Positions 7,874 through 17,760 of a DNA stretch of 53,814 nucleotides are shown here, piece after piece (position 1 is the stretch's first letter; every line of letters starts with the position of its first letter). The DNA is from Oscillospiraceae bacterium. GTDB taxonomy: Bacteria > Bacillota > Clostridia > Oscillospirales > UBA929. Below the pieces are notes generated by a model. That model saw only the letters and a list, made by a program, of their open reading frames with translations, searched no databases and was not told the origin of the DNA. The position numbers were made by a program, and so were the translations under genes. The DNA is taken from NCBI GenBank assembly GCA_031550755.1, contig JAVBOJ010000010.1:1-53814 (forward strand). Direction: 5' to 3'.

Positions 7874-8632
7874 ATGAAAGTTTTTATCAGCTGGTCGGGC
7901 AAGGGAAGTCTCAGCCACCGGGCGGCGGAGCTTCTGCGCGAGTGGATTCCCATGGTGGTGCAGTCGGCGGTTCCGTGGATTTCCAGCGAGATCAGCGCGG
8001 GGCAGATTTGGAACAACGAGGTCAACCGCCAGCTGGCATCCACCGAAATCGGCATTCTCTGCGTCACGCGCGAAAATTTCGCTGCGCCATGGCTGATTTT
8101 CGAGGCCGGCGCGCTGGCCAAGGGGATGGAGCAAACCCGGGTCATCCCGCTGCTTATTGACCTCAAGCAGTCGGACATCACAAACAGCCCGCTGACCAGT
8201 TTCCAGAGTAAGACCCTCGACCGGGCGGGGTTGTTCGAGCTGCTGCGCGATATCAACGAGCTTTGCGGGCAAAAGCTCCCCGCCGAGGCGCTGCAAGCAG
8301 TGTTTGATGCACTGTGGCCCCGGTTCGAGACTGGCTGGGCGCGCATAAAAAAAGAGCTGGCCGCCCCGAAGGAGGCCCCGCCCCGGCGGGAGGCCGCCGA
8401 TATTCTGGAGGAGGTGCTCTCACTCACCCGCGACATGTACTCCAAGCTGTCCGGTCGCATCGACCAGCTGGAGTTCGTGGCCGAGGGCAAGAGCGCGTGG
8501 GAGGTCATGAACAATGAGATCGGGTTCTTGACGGCCAAGAAGCGGCATGAGCTTTCCCCCGAGGACAGGGAGACTGTACTCTCCGCTTTCCGCGAGTGGG
8601 AAAAAGAACAGGGGGAAGCCCCCGCGGAATGA
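7874..8632 (+). CDS. TIR domain protein with an uncharacterised ~110-aa C-terminal helical region
   Basis: MKVFISWSG...AAELLREWIPMVVQSAVPWISSEISAGQIWNNEV...GILCVTRENFAAPWLIFEAGALAKG shows a TIR_2-like pattern with a candidate catalytic Glu in WLIFEAG. A GAAGGAGG RBS lies 7 nt before ATG 7874. Confidence 0.7.
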   Translation: MKVFISWSGKGSLSHRAAELLREWIPMVVQSAVPWISSEISAGQIWNNEVNRQLASTEIGILCVTRENFAAPWLIFEAGALAKGMEQTRVIPLLIDLKQSDITNSPLTSFQSKTLDRAGLFELLRDINELCGQKLPAEALQAVFDALWPRFETGWARIKKELAAPKEAPPRREAADILEEVLSLTRDMYSKLSGRIDQLEFVAEGKSAWEVMNNEIGFLTAKKRHELSPEDRETVLSAFREWEKEQGEAPAE

Positions 8633-8633
8633 C

Positions 8634-9575
8634 CTACAATATCCAGCCCAGCGCCAGCGTCACCAGTGGAATCCACGCCAGCGACACCAGCGTGGACAGG
8701 GTCAGCATCTGCGACGCCAGCTCGTAATCCGCGCCGGCGTTGCGCGCCATGATGACCCCCTGGCTCATCACCGGCATGGCCGACAGCATGGTATACACCG
8801 CCGTCATATCCGGCGGCGCGCCCAGCAGCAGACACGCCCCCAGCGTCAGCCCCGGCATGATCACAAGCCTCCCGGACAGCGCCAGCCACCCCTCGCGGGG
8901 GACGCGCAGGGAGGCTTTTCCCATGCGCGAGAGCGCCGCGCCGGTGGTCAGCAGCGAGATCGGCACCGTCAGCCCGCCGAGATAGGTCAGCGCCGACAGC
9001 GCAAACGGCGGCAGTTGGATGCCCGACAGGACAATCGCAAGACCCGCCAAAAAGCCCAGCAGCGGTGGCGAAAAAATCTTTTTGAGGAGGCCGCCGGACT
9101 TCCCTGCCCCGCCGCCGTCGCGCAGGATGCCCAAATTGCCCAGCGTCCAGAAAATCACCGTATTGGACGGGAAATAGGTCACCACCCACGGCAGCGCCTC
9201 CTCGCCGAACAGCGCCTGAATGACCGGCAGACCGATAAACACCGCGTTGGACATGGAAAACATCATGCAAAAGACGCCCCGGCGGGTCGAAGGGACGCGA
9301 AACAGGCGGCAAAGCCCCATCGCCAGCGCATAGCCGATCAACAGCACGGCGAACGGCAGCAGCAAAAACCACCCGGTTTCTCCCAGAAAATCGACCGACA
9401 GACGGGAGATCGTGGTGGTGCAAAGCAGGGCCGGAATGGCAAAGCCGATGGCGATACGCGACAGGGTTTTTTCCACCGCGTCGGTCAGCACGCCCCGCCG
9501 GGCCATCAGCACCCCGACCAAAATCAACACCAGCAGCATGAGCACCCCTTGCAGGGCATCGGAAAGCGACGGCAT
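8634..9575 (-). CDS. AEC (auxin efflux carrier) family transporter
   Basis: A ~10-TM protein with an N-terminus ...LLVLILVGVLMARRGVLTDAVEKTLSRIAIGFAIPALL typical of AEC permeases. An AAAAGGAG RBS is present. Confidence 0.75.
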   Translation of the reverse strand: MPSLSDALQGVLMLLVLILVGVLMARRGVLTDAVEKTLSRIAIGFAIPALLCTTTISRLSVDFLGETGWFLLLPFAVLLIGYALAMGLCRLFRVPSTRRGVFCMMFSMSNAVFIGLPVIQALFGEEALPWVVTYFPSNTVIFWTLGNLGILRDGGGAGKSGGLLKKIFSPPLLGFLAGLAIVLSGIQLPPFALSALTYLGGLTVPISLLTTGAALSRMGKASLRVPREGWLALSGRLVIMPGLTLGACLLLGAPPDMTAVYTMLSAMPVMSQGVIMARNAGADYELASQMLTLSTLVSLAWIPLVTLALGWIL

Positions 9576-9587
9576 ACAGATCTCCTT

Positions 9588-9980
9588 TTATAAAAAATCC
9601 GGCCCGAACGAATGCGGCAGAAGCTCAGAAAGCGTCCACGACACGAGCCCGCCCTCCGGCGTCCTGCCGAGTACCCGCAGTCCGGGCGAAAATTCGCGCA
9701 ATACTTGCCGGCAGATCCCGCACGGCGGACAGGCCGCGGCGCGGGACGCGGCAATCGCGATGGCGACAAAGGCGCGCTTGCCGGCGCAGACGGCGCGGGC
9801 GACCGCCACCCGTTCGGCGCACAGGGTCGCGCCGTAGCTGGCGTTTTCCACATTGACGCCGCAAAACACCTCGCCGTCGGCGCACAGCAGCGCCGCGCCC
9901 ACCGAAAACCCCGAATAAGGCGCATAGGCCATCGGCAAGCTGCCGATGGCCTTTTGCATCAGTTCAAAATCGGTGAGCAT
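9588..9980 (-). CDS. cdd: Cytidine deaminase
   Basis: It carries the zinc motifs CAERVAV and PCGICRQ and is 130 aa long. Confidence 0.9.
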   Translation of the reverse strand: MLTDFELMQKAIGSLPMAYAPYSGFSVGAALLCADGEVFCGVNVENASYGATLCAERVAVARAVCAGKRAFVAIAIAASRAAACPPCGICRQVLREFSPGLRVLGRTPEGGLVSWTLSELLPHSFGPDFL

Positions 9981-9981
9981 C

Positions 9982-10605
9982 TCAGGCCTGCGGCGGCGCG
10001 GGCGGCTCCTGCTGGGAACCGGGCGCCGGGGCGTAATACTGCTGCTGGGGCTGCTGCGCCTGCGGCGGCGGGGGATACTGCCCCGGCTGGCCGTAAGGCG
10101 GCGGAGAATGCGGCGCGGGATAGGGCTTGGGCTGTTTGCCCATCACCTTGCCGCGGATGATAAAAAATCCGACGGGGTGAAGGAACGCCAGCAGGGTGGC
10201 GTTTTGGGGGCTGACCTGCTTGAAGATGGGCATGGACGCGAGCGACACGGCGGCGTAGATGCCGAGCAGCGCCAGCCAAAAGCCCACAAAGGGAATCAGC
10301 GGTAGAAGCAGCACGGCATACAGCGCGACTAAGTACCACGAGGTTTGATTGAGCTTCATTTTGCCCGCCTGCATGTCGGGCACCAGCAAACCAAGCAGAT
10401 ACAGATTGGCGACGGGGATCCACGCCAAAAACGCCTTGTCGGCCGCCGGACTGCGCTTGCCCACCTCATACAGGCCAAGCGCCATGAGCACATGCAAGCC
10501 CGCGGCCACCAAACAGCCCAGCACGATCAGCACGATGACGAGCGCGCTCGGCCCGGTACGGTATACGCTGCCGCCGAACAGATCGGCCAAATCACCAAGA
10601 CCCAT
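9982..10605 (-). CDS. Hypothetical membrane protein with a Pro/Gln-rich C-terminal tail
   Basis: Four predicted hydrophobic segments are followed by KPYPAPHSPPPYGQPGQYPPPPQAQQPQQQYY. Its stop abuts the cdd start. Confidence 0.6.
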   Translation of the reverse strand: MGLGDLADLFGGSVYRTGPSALVIVLIVLGCLVAAGLHVLMALGLYEVGKRSPAADKAFLAWIPVANLYLLGLLVPDMQAGKMKLNQTSWYLVALYAVLLLPLIPFVGFWLALLGIYAAVSLASMPIFKQVSPQNATLLAFLHPVGFFIIRGKVMGKQPKPYPAPHSPPPYGQPGQYPPPPQAQQPQQQYYAPAPGSQQEPPAPPQA

Positions 10606-10696
10606 GAAAAAACCTCCTTATTACTTGGATACCTTAACTGTATCCAAGTATAGCACCGGGACAAGGCACACGTCAATTGACATTTGGAAAATCCCT

Positions 10697-12064
10697 CTAT
10701 TTTCCCACACAAAACCGGTCAAAAATCGTTTTGATGATCTCCTCACTGATGAGCTTGCCGGTAATTTCGCCCAGCGCCTCCAGCGCCTGTTCGGCATCCA
10801 TCAGGGCGGCATCGGGCGTCAGCCCCGCCTCCAGCGCACCGGCGGACAGCGCAGCCGATTTGGACGCACGCAGCACCGCCTCGGCATGGCGCAGATTGGT
10901 CAGCACGCCGCCGTCATACGGCAGGGCGTTTGTCTCGAACATCCGGCGCACCATGGAGGACAAGGCGTCCAGCCCCGCCCCGGTCTTGGCGGACACCGGG
11001 CAGACGTACAAAAACGCGGCCTCCAGCAAATCCAGATCGGCGCGGCGCGGCAGGTCGGATTTGTTCAGCAGGACAATTGACGGCACACCCCGCGCCAAAT
11101 CCATCACGGCGCGGTCGTCGTCGGTCAGCTCCTGCGACCCGTCAATGACCAAAAAAATCAGTCCGGCATTTTTGGCGGCGTCTCGCGCCCGCGCAACCCC
11201 TTGCCGCTCAATCTCATCCGGCGTTTCACGAAGACCGGCGGTGTCGGTCAGCTTCAGCCAGACGCCGCCCAGATGCGCCGATTCGGTCAGGGTGTCGCGG
11301 GTGGTGCCCGGCAGGGCGGTCACGATGGCCCGCTCGTAGCCCAGCAGGGCGTTGAGCAGCGAGGATTTTCCCACGTTGGGCCGCCCGAGGATGGCCACGC
11401 GCACCCCCTCGCGCAGGATCCGTCCGCGTTCATAGGTGCCGTGCAGCGCCGTCAGCTCGCCGGCCACCGCCCGCAGCGCCGCCGCCATGTCGGCGCGGGT
11501 GTCCGGCTCAATGGCGTCGTCGGGGAAGTCCACAGCGGCGTGAAACCGTGCGCACAGCGCGGTCAGCGCGTCATACGACCGCCCCAGCGCCGCCGACATG
11601 ACCCCTTCCACCTGCCCGGCGGCGTGGCGCGCGGCGTCGGCCGTCTCGGCCGAGACCAGATCGACCACCGCCTCGGCCTGGGTGAGATCCATCCGCCCGT
11701 GCAGAAAGGCGCGTTTGGTGAACTCGCCGGGACGAGCCGGGCGCGCCCCGTTGTCGTAAATCACCCGCAGCGCCTCGGACAGCAAGGCCGGAGAGCCGTG
11801 ACAGTGGAACTCCACCACGTCCTCGCCGGTGTAGCTGCCCGGTGCGCGGAAGACCACCGCCATGGCGGAATCGAGGGTGCGCCCCGCGCCGTCGATGAGC
11901 TGGCCGCGCACCAGACAGCGGCTGGCAAAGTCGGAAAGATCCAGCCCGTCGTGCGCCGCAAACACTTGGGCGGCAATGGATATCGCCCGATCTCCCGAGA
12001 GGCGAATAATGCCGATGGCGCCCTGCATGGGCGGGGTGGCCAGCGCCGCGATGGTATCGTACAT
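10697..12064 (-). CDS. mnmE: tRNA modification GTPase MnmE (TrmE)
   Basis: It has the N-terminus MYDTIAALATPPMQGAIGIIRLSG, the G-domain motif GRPNVGKSSL and the C-terminal CVGK tail. Confidence 0.93.
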   Translation of the reverse strand: MYDTIAALATPPMQGAIGIIRLSGDRAISIAAQVFAAHDGLDLSDFASRCLVRGQLIDGAGRTLDSAMAVVFRAPGSYTGEDVVEFHCHGSPALLSEALRVIYDNGARPARPGEFTKRAFLHGRMDLTQAEAVVDLVSAETADAARHAAGQVEGVMSAALGRSYDALTALCARFHAAVDFPDDAIEPDTRADMAAALRAVAGELTALHGTYERGRILREGVRVAILGRPNVGKSSLLNALLGYERAIVTALPGTTRDTLTESAHLGGVWLKLTDTAGLRETPDEIERQGVARARDAAKNAGLIFLVIDGSQELTDDDRAVMDLARGVPSIVLLNKSDLPRRADLDLLEAAFLYVCPVSAKTGAGLDALSSMVRRMFETNALPYDGGVLTNLRHAEAVLRASKSAALSAGALEAGLTPDAALMDAEQALEALGEITGKLISEEIIKTIFDRFCVGK

Positions 12065-12076
12065 GAAAACCCTCCG

Positions 12077-13489
12077 TTACTCGATTTTTCCGCCGTTGTC
12101 CACAATGCGCAGCTTCTCCAAAAATGCCGCCACCGACGCCCGCGCCACGGTAAATTCCGCCGGTGCGCCGTCTATTTTGGCGGCCAGATACCGCTCGTTG
12201 ACCGGGAAAAGCGCCATGACGGCCTGCCTGCCGTCCCAAAAATGAAGGGTCACGCGCAGCACCGGCTCACCGACGGGCTGCTCCCCCGCTCTGTCGGCCA
12301 GCGTGAGCTGCAACAGCGCGGCGTACAGCCGCTTTCCGTTGGTATCCAAGATCTCGCGCCCGTCCAGAGAGACCCGGAGGGCCTCCCCTTCCCACGAAAA
12401 TGCCAGCACGCGGGTGGCGTCCGGCAGCTCGATCGTGACCGTGGAAACCTCTTCAATGGGATAGATCCAGAGCAATTTTGAGAGAATTTCCGGGGTATGC
12501 AGGTTTAAAAATTGATAATTCCTCATTTCGTCCACCAGGACGCTGTTTTTGCCCTCAATCATGACGTACCGCCCGGGAAAGCTGCTGCCCGGCCAAAACC
12601 CGCCGATGAGCAGCCGCCGCGTGACGCCGTCGGCCAGCTCCACCTCCAGCGAGTACGGCTCGTCCAGCCCGTACTTCTTCAGGTCGGAGGGCTCGTCCTC
12701 AATCACCAGCGACGGACGGATGTTCGCCAATGCGTCGATGACCCGCTCGTTGAGGCTGTAGTCGTTGGCGCGGTGGGTCACCGGCTCGGTGACCAAAAAC
12801 CGGGCGGGCTCCAGCGGATCCAGCTCGTCGTCGGCCAGCCGCCGAAAGGCGTAGGTTTCGCGCCCAACCACCCGCACCCGCCGGACGGCGGCGCCGAGGT
12901 CGCCGGCGTAGTCGGACAGGTCGGGCCAAAAGCGCAGGTCGCGCAGCTCCGGTTCGCGGCGGCTGAGCGCCGCGCCGGTCTCCGCCGGGATGACATAAAT
13001 CGGCTCGGCGTCCGCGACGCGGGCATACCAGCCGTCGCCCAGCGGCGTCTTGCCGCCCAGCTCCAGCGTGACGGTTCGCCCTCCCGCCGTGACGCTCCAG
13101 ACGACCGCCGGCGGGCGCAGACCCCAGTCGGCTAGCAGCTCCTCACCGGGGGGCTCCGGCGTCAGCAGACGACCCGTGACCGACACCGCCGCCGCCGCCA
13201 CGGTGCGCAGTTCTTCCGGCCGATAGGAAAACCCCAGCCGCGCCGGGGTCAGCGCGAAGCCGCCGGGCGAGCGGGTCAGGGTGTAGTCCAACCCGTCCGC
13301 CGGGGCGATGCGGATGGCCGACACGCTCTCCACCGATTGTGCCACAAGGGAAACCGCCGCATCCGGCGCGATTGGCGACGGCGACGAAAATTCCTCCGGC
13401 AGGGTGGAGGACAGCGCCCACACGGCGCCCAGCAGTACCGCCAGCACCCCGCCGGCCACCGCGAGAGGTCGCCCAAATCCGGCGCTCAC
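12077..13489 (-). CDS. DUF4340 domain protein (accessory component of the ABC/GldG cluster)
   Basis: The GTG start (13489..13487) follows GGAGG and overlaps the upstream stop as GTGA. The N-terminal TM segment is VSAGFGRPLAVAGGVLAVLLGAVW. The longer track ORF (to 14104) runs out of frame through the upstream gene. Confidence 0.65.
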   Translation of the reverse strand: MSAGFGRPLAVAGGVLAVLLGAVWALSSTLPEEFSSPSPIAPDAAVSLVAQSVESVSAIRIAPADGLDYTLTRSPGGFALTPARLGFSYRPEELRTVAAAAVSVTGRLLTPEPPGEELLADWGLRPPAVVWSVTAGGRTVTLELGGKTPLGDGWYARVADAEPIYVIPAETGAALSRREPELRDLRFWPDLSDYAGDLGAAVRRVRVVGRETYAFRRLADDELDPLEPARFLVTEPVTHRANDYSLNERVIDALANIRPSLVIEDEPSDLKKYGLDEPYSLEVELADGVTRRLLIGGFWPGSSFPGRYVMIEGKNSVLVDEMRNYQFLNLHTPEILSKLLWIYPIEEVSTVTIELPDATRVLAFSWEGEALRVSLDGREILDTNGKRLYAALLQLTLADRAGEQPVGEPVLRVTLHFWDGRQAVMALFPVNERYLAAKIDGAPAEFTVARASVAAFLEKLRIVDNGGKIE

Positions 13490-14952
13490 AGATGCCTCCG
13501 GCGGTGCCACACCCAATATCCGGCGGCCAAAATGCCCAGCGGCAGGAGGACGACCAGCGCCCAGAAAAAGAAGACATTGTCCCGCTGGGTGTTGGTCATT
13601 CGGTTGTCGGCGTAGGACTTGGCCGGGATGCGCACGGTCTGTCCGGCCTCGGTCATGTACGAAAGAAGGCCGCTCATCAGGCTGCCGTTGAGAAAACGGT
13701 CGCCGTAGTCCACCGTCAGCGACACAGGCAGCAGCAGCACCCGGGCGGGGCGGGCGGCTCCCTGCACACTGTACCGGGTCTCCTCGCAGAGCGCCGCGAT
13801 GACAAACGGGCCGGGGGTATCGTCGGCCCGGCGGGCCGGTTCGGTCGTCCGGCTGTCGGCCGAAATGAGTCGGGCGTAAGAGGTTTCGGAGGTGAACAGC
13901 AGCGGAGATAGCGCCCGGTCGCCGGACGCGTCGCCCGTCCAGACCGAGGTGATGGGGCGGCTCATGGAGGTGACGGCGTACAGCGACGAATGCAGAAACG
14001 GCTCGGTGACGGCGTGCTCGGCCAGCTGGGGGATGAGATACAGCGGGCTTTGGATGGCCTGCGCGTCGTCCATGACAAAGCGGTCGGCGAGCTGCATGCC
14101 CCATGCCGCCAAAAACCGTTCCAGCACGGGGAGTCCCGGCGTCGCCTGATCGACCGCGACGAGGACGCTGCCGCCGTTTTTGAGATAGTCGTCCACCAGA
14201 GCGATTTCCGCCCCGGTAAAATCGGCCATGGGCGCGGAGATGATGAGCGCCGACGCGCCCTCCGGCAGGGCGGCGCGGGCCAGATCAACCGTCTCGGTTT
14301 CGTAATTGCCGGCTTGCAGCAGGGCCAGCAGCGTCTCCTGCGGGGTCTCGCCGTGACCCTCGGTGAAGACGGCCCTGGGCAGGGTGTCGGCGGTGACAGA
14401 CAGCAACGCCCCCGTGACGGCCTGATCGATTTGTAGGCCGTTGACCGTCAGGCCGACCTGAATGCCCAGACCGTACGAGTCGTACTCCGGCGTGACCGAA
14501 AACAGCTCGGTGAGGCCGAGGACTTTGTGACGCTTTTCGGTGGCCGCGATGATGTCGTAACGCGAAAGCTCGCCGCCCTCCGGCTTATATTTTTGCAGCA
14601 GACCGGCGTTGAGCTCGGGGTCGAGGTAAAATACCCGCAGCCGTCCGGCGGCGATGGTCTCGTATTTGCGCAGTGTCTCGCGCACGGCGGGCAGGTCAAA
14701 CCCGCCTGCGGTGATGGTTTCCATCTCGGCCTCGGTGGCCAGCACGTAGAGCTCCACCGACTCGGGCAGGGCGCGCAGCACGGCCTCGGTTTCGCCGGAG
14801 ATCTCGTAGATTTTTTCGGCGGTCATATCGGCCTTGAGATAAAACCGGTCGGTGAGCAGGGTGGCGAGCATGTTGACCAGCACGACGCCGGCAACAAACG
14901 CGGCGGTTAGCGCGGCGGAATACAAGCCGTAGGAAAGCCGTTTGTGTTTCAT
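13486..14952 (-). CDS. GldG-like ABC transporter auxiliary protein
   Basis: It starts with the signal anchor MKHKRLSYGLYSAALTAAFVAGVVLVNML and has a C-terminal TM segment. An ATGA overlap with the upstream permease marks the start. Confidence 0.7.
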   Translation of the reverse strand: MKHKRLSYGLYSAALTAAFVAGVVLVNMLATLLTDRFYLKADMTAEKIYEISGETEAVLRALPESVELYVLATEAEMETITAGGFDLPAVRETLRKYETIAAGRLRVFYLDPELNAGLLQKYKPEGGELSRYDIIAATEKRHKVLGLTELFSVTPEYDSYGLGIQVGLTVNGLQIDQAVTGALLSVTADTLPRAVFTEGHGETPQETLLALLQAGNYETETVDLARAALPEGASALIISAPMADFTGAEIALVDDYLKNGGSVLVAVDQATPGLPVLERFLAAWGMQLADRFVMDDAQAIQSPLYLIPQLAEHAVTEPFLHSSLYAVTSMSRPITSVWTGDASGDRALSPLLFTSETSYARLISADSRTTEPARRADDTPGPFVIAALCEETRYSVQGAARPARVLLLPVSLTVDYGDRFLNGSLMSGLLSYMTEAGQTVRIPAKSYADNRMTNTQRDNVFFFWALVVLLPLGILAAGYWVWHRRRHL

Positions 14953-15656
14953 GCCGCCCACCGTTTCCGTTCCAGCGCGCGCACAGAGAGGAACAAAAAC
15001 AGCGCGCACACGCTGAGATAAAAGACGATGTCCGACAGCGAAAACAGCCCCGCGCGGAAGCTGTCAAACCGTCCGAACAGCGAGACAAAGCCCAAAATCC
15101 TCCGCAGCCAGGCAGCGCTGACCCCCGCCGACAGCATGTCGGTCACATAGAGCGCCAAAAAAATGCCCAGCGAGCCGACAGCGGCGACAAGCTGGCTTTC
15201 GGTCAGCGCGGAGACAAACAGGCCGATGGAAATATAGGCCGCCGCGGCGAAAAACAGGGCGGTATAATTGCCCACAATGGACGCGCCGTTTGGCGTGCCG
15301 TAGATCGAGACGAGGAAGGGGAAGATCAGCGTAAGGATCAGCGCCAGAACAAACACGCCCAGCGCCGCGAAAAATTTGCCCAGCACAATATCCCGCAGAC
15401 GCACCGGCGCGGTCAGCAGCAGTTGGTCGGTCTTCTGGCGCAGGTCTTCGGAAAACAGCCGCATGGTGAGCAGCGGCGTGGTGAACATCAGCGCCAGCAG
15501 CAGAAATCCGAACAGGCCGGACAAATCCGAGAAGGCAAAGCTGAGGTTGACCAGATAAAAATAGAGGTTCGCGGCCAGCAGGAACATGGCGATATACACA
15601 TAGCCCAGCGGCGCGGTGAAATAGGCGCGGAAATCGCGCTTAAACACAGCCTTCAT
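14949..15656 (-). CDS. ABC-2 type transporter permease
   Basis: The 235-aa product MKAVFKRDFRAYFTAPLGYVYIAMFLL... is a six-TM ABC-2 pattern. It has an ATGA overlap with the ATPase gene. Confidence 0.8.
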   Translation of the reverse strand: MKAVFKRDFRAYFTAPLGYVYIAMFLLAANLYFYLVNLSFAFSDLSGLFGFLLLALMFTTPLLTMRLFSEDLRQKTDQLLLTAPVRLRDIVLGKFFAALGVFVLALILTLIFPFLVSIYGTPNGASIVGNYTALFFAAAAYISIGLFVSALTESQLVAAVGSLGIFLALYVTDMLSAGVSAAWLRRILGFVSLFGRFDSFRAGLFSLSDIVFYLSVCALFLFLSVRALERKRWAA

Positions 15657-16609
15657 AGCGCGTCCTCCTCGCCTTGCGCCCGCTGGGCGGTCAACTTGAG
15701 AAAAATTTCCTCCAGCGAGACACCGCGCGGCGCCAGGCGCAAAATCGGATACTGCGCCGCCGCCAGCGCGGCAAACAGCGGCCGTCGGATATCGGTGTTT
15801 TCCTCGACCTCCACGAGATACTCCCACGCGCCCTCCTCCGGCTCGCCCAGGACCCGCGCCGATTTGACGCCGTCGCGCGCGCGCAGCAGCGACAGGACAT
15901 TGTCCCGCGGCCCGGCAATGCGCACGGTCAGCCCGCGGTCGTTTGTCACGAGCGCCGCCAGCCTTTCGGGCCGGTCGTCGGCCACGATAACCCCTTCGGA
16001 CAGCATCAGCACCCGTTCGCAGACCGCCGACACCTCGGGCAGGATATGGGTGGACAAAAGAACGGTGCGCGACTGGCCGAGGGTTTTGATGAGCTGACGG
16101 ATCTCCTTGATCTGCTTGGGATCCAGCCCCACGGTGGGTTCGTCCAGAATCAGCACATCCGGGTCGCCGATGAGCGCCTGCGCCAGCCCCACCCGCTGGC
16201 GGTAGCCCTTGGAGAGATTGCGGATGACCCGGTGGGTGACCTCCCCGATGTCCGCCATCCGCGCGGCGTGCGCGATATGCTCCTTTTTGCGGGATTTGAC
16301 CCCTTTGAGCTCGTAGACAAACCCGAGATATTCGGCCACCGTCATGTCGAGATACAGCGGCGGCTGCTCGGGCAGATAGCCGATGTGCCGCTTGGCGGCG
16401 ACAGGATCGGCGAGGATATCGAGCCCCTGGATGCGCACCTCCCCGGAGGTGGAGGAGAGATAGCCGGTGAGGATGTTCATGACGGTGGTTTTTCCGGCGC
16501 CGTTGGGGCCCAGAAACCCCACAATTTCGCCCTCCTTGACCGAAAAGGTGAGCTCCTGCACGCCGCGGCTGCGCCCGTAGGTCTTGGTCAGACCTCGCAC
16601 ATCGATCAT
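15653..16609 (-). CDS. ABC transporter ATP-binding protein
   Basis: It has Walker A GPNGAGKTT, the signature LSKGYRQR and Walker B LILDEP. A GGAGG RBS precedes ATG 16609. Confidence 0.9.
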   Translation of the reverse strand: MIDVRGLTKTYGRSRGVQELTFSVKEGEIVGFLGPNGAGKTTVMNILTGYLSSTSGEVRIQGLDILADPVAAKRHIGYLPEQPPLYLDMTVAEYLGFVYELKGVKSRKKEHIAHAARMADIGEVTHRVIRNLSKGYRQRVGLAQALIGDPDVLILDEPTVGLDPKQIKEIRQLIKTLGQSRTVLLSTHILPEVSAVCERVLMLSEGVIVADDRPERLAALVTNDRGLTVRIAGPRDNVLSLLRARDGVKSARVLGEPEEGAWEYLVEVEENTDIRRPLFAALAAAQYPILRLAPRGVSLEEIFLKLTAQRAQGEEDAL

Positions 16610-17029
16610 CGTGCGCCTCCCCTTTCTTCCGTCTGCATGGGCTGCATTGTACCATATATATCCAAGATATGTATGAAAAAAGTGTGAATGTTGCAATATT
16701 TAATAATTATATCACTGGTGTCAAGTGGAGGAGGGGCTCGCCGGGGGGCGCTGCCGTATCCCCCGACCAAAAACAGCGCGGGTGGCAACACCGGCTGATT
16801 CACAAGAAGGCTTTCGCTTATAACATATTCCCCGTTTAAATTTATAACAATAATTTATAATCCGTCAAAATGATAACTTGCTCTTGATTGTTTGTGATAT
16901 GATATTATTGAGGTAGTATACATGGAGCGATTGCAGGCCAAAAGCTTCCCGATTTACAGGGAAAATATGAGCCGGAGAGATGTATCCGTACCGGTATGGC
17001 GGAGTATCGGGATAAGGGAAGGTGACGCT

Positions 17030-17760
17030 ATGACGCTCGAAAACCAAATGGAAAAAACATTTATCGATATTTTAACCCTGCGGGAAAACCAGTGGACATA
17101 TCGCGGTGACATCAAGACGGAAGCAGCTCTGTGGGAAAACCTGCGCGGGCATATCAACCGAATCAATCTTGCCCGGCTTGATGGCGTGCTGCTGTGCTGC
17201 TGACCGACAGCGAGTTTCAGCAGGTGCAAAACGAATTCAGACGTTTGACGCAGACGCCGTTTTTGGCGTCTCAATGGCTGCGCGGCGAAAACGGAATCGC
17301 GCAGATTTCAATCGAGCGGGAGGATATTCCCAGCGGGAATGTCGCCCTCACGCTTTTCAGCAACAAGGACATTGCGGGCGGGATATCCAGCTACGAGGTT
17401 GTGAACCAAATCGTGCCCGATACCGAAGGGCGAACCGCTCGCGGAGACGTTACCTTGCTCATAAACGGCTTGCCGGTTATTCATGTAGAGCTTAAAAGTG
17501 AGCTTGCCAAGGATGGGTATTGGCAGGCGTTTCAGCAGCTGGAACGGTATTCACAGGCGGGGTTTTTCGATGGAATTTATGCCGCTGTCCAGATTTTTGT
17601 CATTAGCAACAAGGTTTCCACAAGATATTTCGCCAGGCCTAGAACAAGCAATGATTTTTCTTGCGCCAAAAAGTTTTTATTTAACTGGCGCGAGCCGGAC
17701 AATACGACCATTGAGGATCTGTATGATTTTACCAGGAAAGTGCTTAGCATGCTCAGAAAT
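17030..17760 (+). pseudogene. hsdR: Type I restriction enzyme R subunit (HsdR), N-terminal ~245 aa only, frameshifted
   Basis: MTLENQMEKTFIDIL...GDVTLLINGLPVIHVELKS is the PD-(D/E)xK nuclease core. The frame is broken by an 8-bp tandem duplication GTGCTGCT|GTGCTGCT (17186-17201). The helicase domains are absent. Confidence 0.8.

Noticed and set aside
7867-9423. Other long shadow ORFs, for example 7867..9423 (-), 18078..19385 (-), 20759..21973 (-), 22439..23584 (+), 25145..26413 (-), 27989..29755 (-), 49982..51220 (+) and 51360..52937 (+).
   Set aside because: All lie antisense to, or out of frame within, genes with clear family motifs. Their translations are Arg/Gly/Pro/His-rich with no recognisable domains and no RBS.
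12077-16609. The ABC / ABC-2 / GldG-like / DUF4340 four-gene operon, with ATGA or GTGA overlaps at every junction, as a novel system.
   Set aside because: This four-gene arrangement is a common conserved cluster in Firmicutes and Bacteroidota as far as I recall. Tight translational coupling is normal for it.
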